Assembly (NCBI GenBank): GCA_051008975.1
Contig: JBPCXA010000229.1
Coordinates: 1 to 42,207 of the forward strand
Direction of reading: 5' to 3'
Source of the DNA: Gammaproteobacteria bacterium
Lineage (GTDB): Bacteria > Pseudomonadota > Gammaproteobacteria > Tethybacterales > Persebacteraceae
Length of the DNA: 42,207 nucleotides
Shown here: piece by piece, positions 17,631 through 26,100 of the stretch
Layout: every line of letters starts with the position of its first letter
How positions within the stretch are numbered: position 1 is the stretch's first letter
The notes under the pieces: generated by a model
Databases searched by the model: none
What the model saw: only the letters and a program-made list of their open reading frames with translations
What the model was told of the DNA's origin: nothing
Translations under genes and position numbers: made by a program

Positions 17631-17676
17631 CGCCGCGATTTCGCGCCGCCGGACGCGGCGGGCGCGGCGGACAAGA

Positions 17677-18267
17677 TCACAAAACGCCCTTGGTGCTGGG
17701 CGCGCCGCCGCCGGTTTTCGCCGCCGCCGCCCGCAACGCCAGCCCGAACGCCTTGAATATGCACTCCGCCTGATGATGCGCGTTGACGCCGCGCAGCAGG
17801 TCCAAATGCAGCGTGATTTTCGCGTGATTGACGAGCGACTGAAAAAATTCGCGGAATAAATCGGCGTCCATTCCGCCGACTTCCGTCCGCGAAAACCGCG
17901 CCCGATACGACAGCGACGGACGCCCCGACAAATCCACGACCGCCCGCGCCAGGGATTCGTCCAGCGGCGCGAAGGCGGAGCCGAAACGGGCGACCCCCGA
18001 CTTGTCGCCCAGCGCTTTTTCCAGCGCGCCGCCGAAGACGATGCCGCAATCCTCCGCCGTGTGGTGGCCGTCAATATGCAGATCGCCCTTCGCGCGCAGG
18101 CGCAAAAACAGCCCGCCATGGCGGGCGGTCTGCGCCAGCATGTGGTCAAAAAACGGCAGGCCGGTGTCCAGTTCGGACGCGCCGTTGCCGTCCAAATTCA
18201 GTTCCGCTTCGACTTCGGTTTCGGCGGTTTTGCGCGCCATTCGCGCGCGGCGTTGGGGGTCGTTCAT
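17677..18267 (-). CDS. hisB: imidazoleglycerol-phosphate dehydratase
   Basis: RKTAETEVEAELNLDG...GLPFFDHMLAQTARHG...DGHHTAEDCGI...HHQAECIFKAFGLALR are the canonical IGPD motifs. Confidence 0.9.
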   Translation of the reverse strand: MNDPQRRARMARKTAETEVEAELNLDGNGASELDTGLPFFDHMLAQTARHGGLFLRLRAKGDLHIDGHHTAEDCGIVFGGALEKALGDKSGVARFGSAFAPLDESLARAVVDLSGRPSLSYRARFSRTEVGGMDADLFREFFQSLVNHAKITLHLDLLRGVNAHHQAECIFKAFGLALRAAAAKTGGGAPSTKGVL

Positions 18268-18869
18268 TCGGATTTCCTCTCGGAGAGCTGCAAAAATTCG
18301 CGGTGGCGCGCCCGCACCGCCTCGTCCAGCGCGGACAATTCGCCCTCGTTGTCAATCACGGCGTCCGCCCGCGCGATTCTTTCTTCGCGCGACATTTGCG
18401 CGGCGACGATCGCCCGCGCCTCGGCGGCGTCCATTCCGCGTCCGACGGCGCGCGCGATTTGCGTCTCCGGCGCGCAATCCACGACGACAATGCTACGGCA
18501 GTCCGCCGTAAAAGTTCCGGTTTCCAGCAGCAGCGGAATTACCAATATCACATACGCCCCGGAAACGTCGCGCATCCGCTTTCGCATTTCCTCCGCGATT
18601 AACGGATGCAGTACATTTTCCAAACGCCGCCGCGTCCGTGAATCTTTGAACGCCCGCGCCCGCACCGAATCGCGGTCAAATTCGCCGTCCGCCGTAAAAG
18701 CCCAGTCGCCCAGCGCGGCGCGCAGCGGCGAAGACGCCCGCCCGCCGCGGACGGTCAGCGCGCGTCCGATTTCGTCCGCGTCCACGACCGCCGCGCCCAG
18801 CGAGGCGAATCGCGCCGCCGCCGCGCTTTTGCCGGACGCCAGCCCGCCGGTCAAACCCGCCGTCATCAT
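18264..18869 (-). CDS. coaE: dephospho-CoA kinase
   Basis: Start at MMTAGLTGGLASGKS (P-loop). It has ATGA overlaps with pilD upstream and hisB downstream. Confidence 0.85.
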   Translation of the reverse strand: MMTAGLTGGLASGKSAAAARFASLGAAVVDADEIGRALTVRGGRASSPLRAALGDWAFTADGEFDRDSVRARAFKDSRTRRRLENVLHPLIAEEMRKRMRDVSGAYVILVIPLLLETGTFTADCRSIVVVDCAPETQIARAVGRGMDAAEARAIVAAQMSREERIARADAVIDNEGELSALDEAVRARHREFLQLSERKSE

Positions 18870-19717
18870 CGCAAAATAAAACGCCAATAGGCGGCGAGCA
18901 TTTCGTCCCCCCAGAACAACATCAGCGCGCCGGCGAAAGAAAGCGCGGGACCGAAACAAAACCGGCTCTTAAACACCGTCCGCACCGCCGTCCGTCCCGC
19001 CGCGCGGGCGGCGGCGAGACGCGCCGTACGCCGCGCGAAAGCGGACGACAGCGCGTATCCGATTCCGGCGAGGGACGCCAGAAACAGCAGCATCGGCAGC
19101 GCCTGCCATCCCAGCCACGCCCCCATCGCCGCCATTAATTTGCAGTCGCCGCCGCCCATCGCGGTCTTGCGAAACACCGCGCCGCCCGCCGCCGCAATCA
19201 GGCGCATCGCGACATAGCCCCCCGCCGCCCCGACGACGGCGTCCGGCAAAAGCGCGAAACGCGCGTCCACATTCGCCAGCAATCCGAGCCACAGCAGCGG
19301 CAGGGTGAGAATATCCAAAATATAATAGCGACGCATATCCATCACCGCAATCAGCAGCAGCGTCGACAAAAAAATCACCGCCAGCAAGAAATCCGCCCCC
19401 CATCCGAAACGCCACGCGGCGGCGGCGGCGACAAGCGCGCCGCCCGCCTCAATCAGCGGATAGCACGCCCCGATCGGTTTGCCGCAACATTTCGCGCGAC
19501 CGCGCAGCAGCAAAAATCCCGCCAGCGGCACGTTGTAATACGGCGGCACCGGCGTTTGGCAATGCGGACAGTACGATCCCGGCCACGCCAGAAACCAGCC
19601 CGATTTTCCGCGCGGGGCAACGCCGGACGCGGCCATTTGCGGCAGCCGATGCGCCGCGACATTCAGAAAACTGCCCAGCAACAGCCCGAACAGTCCGGCG
19701 ACGACAATAAAAGTCAA
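18866..19717 (-). CDS. pilD: prepilin peptidase / N-methyltransferase (A24 family)
   Basis: GSFLNVAAHRLP, CPHCQTPV...CCGKPI, and GGGDCKLMAAMGAWLG (aspartyl peptidase motif). TTG start. Confidence 0.85.
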   Translation of the reverse strand: MTFIVVAGLFGLLLGSFLNVAAHRLPQMAASGVAPRGKSGWFLAWPGSYCPHCQTPVPPYYNVPLAGFLLLRGRAKCCGKPIGACYPLIEAGGALVAAAAAWRFGWGADFLLAVIFLSTLLLIAVMDMRRYYILDILTLPLLWLGLLANVDARFALLPDAVVGAAGGYVAMRLIAAAGGAVFRKTAMGGGDCKLMAAMGAWLGWQALPMLLFLASLAGIGYALSSAFARRTARLAAARAAGRTAVRTVFKSRFCFGPALSFAGALMLFWGDEMLAAYWRFILR

Positions 19718-19732
19718 CGCGGCGGCGGCGAA

Positions 19733-19927
19733 TCAGTCCGCTTCTTCAATCCACGCCATCTGGATCGCCTCCAGAATGCGCTCGTTGGACGCTTGCGGAT
19801 CGTCGTCAAAATCTTCCAGCGCGCAAATCCACCCGTGCATATCGGTGTAGCGGACGGCGCGCGGGTCGACATCCGGATGCGCCTCGGCGAGGGCGATCGC
19901 GATGTCCAAAGAATCCGTCCATTTCAT
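19733..19927 (-). CDS. iscX: Fe-S cluster assembly protein IscX
   Basis: [44 protein letters not shown] is 64 aa and typical of IscX/YfhJ. Its ATG shares one nt with the fdx stop (TGATG). Confidence 0.8.
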   Translation of the reverse strand: MKWTDSLDIAIALAEAHPDVDPRAVRYTDMHGWICALEDFDDDPQASNERILEAIQMAWIEEAD

Positions 19928-20265
19928 CAGTGATGCTCGCGGGCGTGATTGACCGTATATTTGGGAATTTCCACGACCAAATCGGAATCGCCGACGACGG
20001 TCTGGCACGAAAGACGCGATTCGGGTTCCAGCCCCCACGCCTTGTCCAGCATATCCTCCTCGTCGTCGGTCGCCTCGCCGAGCGAATCGTAGCCGCCGCG
20101 CACGATGACATGGCAGGTGGTGCAGGCGCACGATTTCTCGCAGGCGTGTTCAATTTCCACCTTTTGCGACAGCAGCGCGTCGCAAATCGTCTCGCCGGAA
20201 TCGCACGACAAATTCAATCCCTCCGGACACAATTCCTCGTGCGGCAAAACCTTAATGTTGGGCAT
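19927..20265 (-). CDS. fdx: ISC-system [2Fe-2S] ferredoxin
   Basis: [32 protein letters not shown]...[17 protein letters not shown]...SRLSCQ is adrenodoxin-type. Only the last 112 codons of the 796-aa track ORF are real. Confidence 0.9.
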   Translation of the reverse strand: MPNIKVLPHEELCPEGLNLSCDSGETICDALLSQKVEIEHACEKSCACTTCHVIVRGGYDSLGEATDDEEDMLDKAWGLEPESRLSCQTVVGDSDLVVEIPKYTVNHAREHH

Positions 20266-20271
20266 TGCCGA

Positions 20272-20277
20272 ATTATA
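20272..20277 (-). promoter_or_regulatory. -10-like TATAAT 6 nt upstream of the fdx ATG
   Basis: The minus strand reads gtTATAATtcggcaATG. No SD. Confidence 0.4.
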
Positions 20278-20355
20278 ACAAAATCCGGCGGACGAAAAAA
20301 ATTTCCATTTTTTATATTTCCCGTCCCGCCCCCTTTGTCCCATTCTTGCACTACC

Positions 20356-20469
20356 CGTCCCATTCCTGCGAAGGCAGGAATCTCCGCCGCCGCATAGCGG
20401 CGGGTAATTGTACCCTTTTACAATTTGCGCCTTCGGCGCGGAGATTCCTGCCTTCGCAGGAATGGGACG
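20356..20469 (+). repeat. 114-bp MITE-like five-hairpin element, copy 3
   Basis: Aligns end to end with 4576-4689. The same upstream half-site GTCCCATTC(C/T)TGCAC precedes both copies. Confidence 0.8.
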
Positions 20470-20544
20470 TTTCTTTAATCTTCGCCGAATCTTTTGCGTA
20501 CGGAATTTCCGCCGATTCGGGCGGCGGGCGTTAAAATCGGAATT

Positions 20545-21648
20545 ATGCAGAAATTTTCGCCCGGCGCGGTCGTTTTTGTCGCGCTGTCGGGCGGGGTGGA
20601 TTCGGCGTTGGCGGCGCATTTGCTTTTGCGGGCGGGGGCGGAGGTGCGCGCCGTGTTTATGAAAAATTGGCGCGACGGGGACGACGATTCGGGCTGCGGC
20701 GACAAGGAGGATTTGTTCGCCGCCGCCGCCGCCGCCGACACGCTGGGGGCGGAGTTGCTGGTCGCCGATTTTGCGGCGGAGTATCGGGAGCGCGTATTCG
20801 CGCCGTTTTTGCGCGCGCTGCGGGCGGGGTTGACGCCGAATCCGGATGTGTATTGCAATTCCGAAATTAAGTTTGCGGCGTTTCGCCGTTATGCGCGGGC
20901 GCGCGGCGCGGATTTTGTCGCCACCGGGCATTACGCGCGTACGCGGCGGGCGGACGGCGGCGAATGGCGGCTGTTGAAGGGCGAGGATTCGGCGAAGGAT
21001 CAGAGTTATTTTTTGCATCGGCTGTCGCGGGGGCAGTTGGCGGATTCGCTGTTTCCGCTGGGCGCGATGCACAAGGCCGACGTGCGCGAAGCCGCGCGCG
21101 CCGCCGGGCTGCGCAACTGGTCGCGGCGGGAGAGTATGGGGATTTGTTTCATCGGCGCGCGCAAGTTTGATTCGTTTTTGGAGGGATATATTCCGCAAAC
21201 GCCGGGCGAAATTCGCACTCCGGAGGGGGAGATTGTCGGCGCGCATCGCGGGCTGGCGTTTTATACGATGGGACAGCGGCGCGGCCTGCACATCGGCGGC
21301 GCGGGCGATGCGTGGTTTGTGGTCGGAAAACGGCGGCGCGAAAATATACTCGTCGCGGCGCGGGGCGCGAATCATCCGCTGTTGTATTCTTCCCGCGTGC
21401 GGTTTGCAAACGCGCGCTGGATCGCCGGAAATCCGCCGCCGGCGCGGCGCGTATACGAGGCGCGGCTGCGTCACCGCCATTCGCCGGCGAGTTGCGTTCT
21501 GACCCGCGCGGACGACGAGGGCGGCGAAATCGTCTTCGCCGCGCCGCAAAGGGCGGCGGCGCCCGGCCAATTCGCGGTCGTGTATGACGGAAATGTCTGT
21601 TTGGGCGGCGGCGAAATTATCGCGGAAAGCGATGATGCGGCGGAATAA
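20545..21648 (+). CDS. mnmA: tRNA 2-thiouridine(34) synthase
   Basis: Start at MQKFSPGAVVFVALSGGVDSALAA (PP-loop SGGVDS). It has NPDVYCNSEIKF, GHYAR and KDQSYFL. TAAAAT lies 7 nt upstream of the ATG. Confidence 0.9.
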   Translation: MQKFSPGAVVFVALSGGVDSALAAHLLLRAGAEVRAVFMKNWRDGDDDSGCGDKEDLFAAAAAADTLGAELLVADFAAEYRERVFAPFLRALRAGLTPNPDVYCNSEIKFAAFRRYARARGADFVATGHYARTRRADGGEWRLLKGEDSAKDQSYFLHRLSRGQLADSLFPLGAMHKADVREAARAAGLRNWSRRESMGICFIGARKFDSFLEGYIPQTPGEIRTPEGEIVGAHRGLAFYTMGQRRGLHIGGAGDAWFVVGKRRRENILVAARGANHPLLYSSRVRFANARWIAGNPPPARRVYEARLRHRHSPASCVLTRADDEGGEIVFAAPQRAAAPGQFAVVYDGNVCLGGGEIIAESDDAAE

Positions 21649-21786
21649 CCGCAATGTCGCCGCCGAAAACCGGAGCCGGTTTTCGGGCGAAATTTCGCGG
21701 CGCGGCGAATTCGTTTTCAATTCCAAACTCAATTTTGTTTTATGCAAAATATCGGGGGCGTGTAAAATGACGGCGCGGAGAAGGCG

Positions 21787-23124
21787 ATGAATTTTGTTTT
21801 GCAAAACTGCCGCATCGTCAACGAAGGCGCGGTGCGGGAGGGCGATTTGCGCGTGCGAAACGGACGCATCGCGCGGGTCGGCGGCGCGATTACGGCGGCG
21901 GCGGACGAAACCGCGACGGACGCGGGCGGGCGGCTGCTGTTTCCCGGACTGATAGACGACCAGGTGCATTTTCGCGAACCCGGACTTACGCACAAGGGCG
22001 ACATCGCCTCCGAAAGCCGCGCCGCGGCGGCGGGCGGAATTACGTCGTTCATGGAAATGCCAAATGTCGTCCCGCCCACTTTGGACATACGGCGGATTGC
22101 GGAAAAGCGGGCGATCGCCGCCGCGAATTCGCGCGTCAACTACGCCTTTTATTTGGGCGCGTCGCGCGACAATTTGCGCGACATCGCCGCCGCCGACCCG
22201 TCGCTGATCGCCGGGATAAAAATTTTTATGGGATCCTCCACCGGCGGAATGCTGGTGGACGACGAAAAAACGTTGACGGAAATTTTTCGCGCCGCGCCAA
22301 CTTTGATCGCCGTCCATTGCGAATCGTCGCCGCGCATCCGCGAGAATTTATCCGCCGCGAAAAAACAATACGGCGAAAACATTCCCGCCGCCGCGCACCC
22401 GCAAATCCGCGATGCAAAGGCGTGCGCGGAATCCTCGCACTTCGCCCGCCGTCTGGCGGAGGAAACCGGGGCGCGCCTGCATATTTTACACATCAGCACC
22501 GCGCGCGAATTGCGTCTTTTTTCGGCGGGGGCGGCGGCGCGAAAGCGAATCACCTGCGAGGCGTGCGCGCATCATCTTTTGTTTGACGATTCCGACTACG
22601 CGGCGGCGGGAATGCGCTTGAAGACAAATCCGGCGATCAAGACGCGCGCCGACCGGGACGCCCTGCGGCGGGCGGTCGCGGCGGGAGTGATTGACGTGCT
22701 GGCGACCGACCACGCGCCGCATTTGCCGCGGGAAAAGGATCTCCCGTACGAACGGGCGGCGGCGGGAATGCCGCTGGCGGAATATGCGTTGCCGGCGTTT
22801 TTGCGGCTGGTCGCGGACGGCGATTTGACTTGTCCGCAGCTCGCCGCGCGCGCCGCGCATTCGGTCGCCGACATTTTTGCGATAAAAGACCGCGGCTATT
22901 TGCGCGAGGGATACTGGGCGGATTTAGTTCTGGCGGAGGAAACGCCGGACGGCGCGCCGCCGCGCAAAACCGTTCTGAGCAAATGCGGCTGGACTCCGTT
23001 CTCCGCCGGCGCGTTCCGCCATTCCGTCCATTCCACTTTTGTCAACGGCGAATGCGTCTGGCGAAACGGCGAAATCAACGACTCCGTCCGCGGCGCGCCT
23101 CTGGAATTTAACCGCCCGCGATGA
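21787..23124 (+). CDS. pyrC: dihydroorotase (cyclic amidohydrolase, class I type)
   Basis: GLIDDQVHFREPG (HxH-type metal site DQVHF), FMEMPN, GIKIFMG, VHCE, and ATDHAPH. SD GGAGAAGG lies upstream. Confidence 0.75.
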   Translation: MNFVLQNCRIVNEGAVREGDLRVRNGRIARVGGAITAAADETATDAGGRLLFPGLIDDQVHFREPGLTHKGDIASESRAAAAGGITSFMEMPNVVPPTLDIRRIAEKRAIAAANSRVNYAFYLGASRDNLRDIAAADPSLIAGIKIFMGSSTGGMLVDDEKTLTEIFRAAPTLIAVHCESSPRIRENLSAAKKQYGENIPAAAHPQIRDAKACAESSHFARRLAEETGARLHILHISTARELRLFSAGAAARKRITCEACAHHLLFDDSDYAAAGMRLKTNPAIKTRADRDALRRAVAAGVIDVLATDHAPHLPREKDLPYERAAAGMPLAEYALPAFLRLVADGDLTCPQLAARAAHSVADIFAIKDRGYLREGYWADLVLAEETPDGAPPRKTVLSKCGWTPFSAGAFRHSVHSTFVNGECVWRNGEINDSVRGAPLEFNRPR

Positions 23125-23196
23125 CGGCGTAATTTTTTTCGCGTCCGGTTAAATTAAAATTTAACGCGTTGCGTGAAATCTTTAACCGCGTTCGCG

Positions 23197-26100
23197 TTAA
23201 AAACTAATTCGCAGTTGCGCGGAGAGGGCGCTTTCTTTCGTTCCCGCGTCGTGCTCAAAGCCGAACGCCATCTCACCGTCCGTCAATACCGGAAATGAAT
23301 AGCCCGCCGTCAATACCAAAGAAGACAACGACGACAACGACACCCGCGCACTTTCCGAAGACAACTCCTGACGGCGTTCCTTATAAATCTCCGGCGCATC
23401 CGCCATATCCCCGAACGCCGCCTCGTTAAAACAATCTCCCGCCGTGCCGTCCGAACATACCGCCCGCACATATCCCAACTCCGCAACTCCCTCCCGCAAC
23501 GACGTCCGACGTCCCGCCGAAATACGAAAACGATCCCCCCCCGACAATACATTCTCCCGCTGCAATCCCGCCTTCCAACCCTCCGCACGCAAACCCGATA
23601 CGCCCCGCAAAAAATCTCCGTCCGAAACCTCCGCCTTCCCGTGCGCCCGCTCGTAAAACGCAAAACCCGACCAGCCGCCGACCAATCCGCCGCGAAACAT
23701 CACGCGACCTTGACGCGTCTTCGCGCGCGCCTCCCCCAAAGAACCAAACGAAATCCCCATAAAACTCTCGTCCTCCGAAACCTCCGACAACTCCGCCGAA
23801 AACGAAACACGCTCCGTCTCCCTCGTCCAACGCAAACCCAACTGACGATACGGCAATTCATCGCCCCCCCCCGCGTTATCCACCCCGCCGCTAAACGACG
23901 CAAACGGACGCAACCCCTCGCCGCGCATCTGCAATATAAACGCGTCCCGGTCCGCCGCAAAAAACGGAGCCGACGCCGCATCGTCCGAAAATGTATTCCA
24001 TTCCGACCACGACGATTCTTCGCACTCTTCGCAAAAGTTATGCTGAAAACGCCACGCGCCCAACTTCTCCAAATCCAACTCCAATCCCGCATAACGAAAA
24101 CGACTCTCGTCCGTCGCCGCATACAACATCCCCGCCGCGAAACGATTGTCATGCGAAGGCAAAAACATATCCAACGCCGCACTTCCCAAAGTCGTACGCG
24201 CGGACGAAGACACCTCCGCCAACGCCGCCAAAGGCATATTGTAGTGCGCGTTTCCAAACACCGAAACCGCCACCGATATTTCCGCCAACTCCTCCCGCAC
24301 CGAAGCAAAACCGGACGGCAGACGAATCCGCGCGTCCATCACCCGCGCGCCCGCCGTGCCAGTTCCGCGATTCCCCCCCCCCCCCCGTGAATCATTGTCC
24401 AGCACAATTCGCACCGAACCCTGCAGCGTAATCGCCTTCTCCAAATCCACCAAGCCCCAGCCGAATTCGTCGTCTATGCCCGAATCGCCGATATCCTCCG
24501 CGGTATGCAAAAGCACCGCCCGCACCGCCGCCATCGGCATCGAAGACAAACGGCTCTTCAACACCGCCAGCGCACCGCTGACATGCGGCGCCGCGAACGA
24601 AGTGCCGTTGGCGTCGTCATACGCGTCGTCGCCCGTTCCGGAAGTCGTGGAAACGGTTAAGCCCGGCGCGGCGAGACACCAAAACTTCGCGTCTCCGCAG
24701 CCGTTGCTGAAATACGCAAGTTCGTCGTCGTGGTCCGTCGCCACCGCCACCAGCCACTTGTGCGTTAACTCCTCTTCGTCAAACGGCATCCGCCCGTAAT
24801 ATCCGGTTCCGACGGCCGGCGCATTCAATGCTGACAACGCGCCGAGACCGTTTCCGGATGCGATGCGAAAAACGGGTATGACCCGGTTGTTGTCATAAAA
24901 CAAAGTTATGTTGTACAGGAGTTGTCTGTTATAACTTTCGGAAACGAACCCGTCGATCAGTTGCCGCGGCGTAAGCGAAAGACGATCCGCATCCGGGCAG
25001 CGGTGCAAACCGATTAACGCCAGTTCAATATCCGTGCACAGCCCCACCTGGCCGGTGCGGCCGTTCCAGCCGCCGTTGCCCGCCGCCCACACAAAAACCA
25101 TATCGGCGTCCCGCACCGCGTTGGCGATTTGGGATGCTTCGCTCGCGCTTGCGGACGCGCCGAAATTAAATTCCGGAAAAAACGGAACATTCGCGTAATA
25201 CCGCTGCCCGTTATACATCCCCACCAAACCGCGGGATGTGCCGAAGGAGTTGTTGACGATATGCACGCCGCTCGTCGCCGCAAAACGAAACGCCGCGAGA
25301 ATGTTTCCGCGCCCGCTCAGCCCCCCCTGTCGATTGCTGATTTGCAGCGGCATCAGTTTCGCTTCCGGCGCGACGCCGTGCGCGGAGTTTGCGCGATTGT
25401 TGCGGGCGGCGGCGACGACTCCGCCGACCGCCGTGCCGTGGCCGCTTGGGTTCAACGAAGTGCGCGGATCGTCAATCACGTCGTTATTGGCGGCGAAGTT
25501 GTAGCCCGCCACGATATTGTCGCGCAAATCCAAATGCGTGGTGCGCATTCCGGTGTCGACGATTCCCACCGTCACGCCCCGTCCGAAATAGTCGCGCGAA
25601 TATGCATATTCCGCGCCGATTTGCGCGAGACCGTAGTTTTGCCCGAACTCCGTCGTGCGATAAAACGCCGGGTCGGTAGTCGCCGGATTCGGCGGCTCCA
25701 AACCCAGCGTCAGCGAAGGGCCGGTAAAATCGGCGGGCGAAAGAGGCGCGGCGGGCGTAAATTGACGGGAGAAGGTGAAATCGCCCTGCATCGTCATCGC
25801 CGCATCCACATCCAGAAATCCCCAGCCGTATATGTCGTCCACCCCGTTCTCGCCGAGATCTTCCGCGGCGACCAAAATCAACGCGCGCGCGACCCGCATC
25901 GGCATTCCCGGCAGGCGGTTTCTTAATAACGCCAGCGCGCCGCTGACATGCGGGGCGGCGAACGACGTGCCCGGGCTTGTGGAGTAGGCGTTGTCGCCGG
26001 TGCCGGCGGTGGAATATATGCTCTGGCCCGGCGCGGCGATGCACCAAAATTTCGCGTCGCCGCAGCCGTTGCTTCCGTCCCAAAGAAAACGTCTGTTGTT

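Noticed and set aside
21665-21686. Hairpin CGAAAACCGG-AG-CCGGTTTTCG after mnmA as a terminator
   Set aside because: It is not followed by a U tract and has only a 2-nt loop, so it is not called as a rho-independent terminator. Function is unclear.
19927-22317. 796-aa minus-strand ORF
   Set aside because: Only its last 112 codons (fdx, 19927-20265) are credible. The rest runs through the 114-bp repeat element and antisense to mnmA and the dihydroorotase gene.
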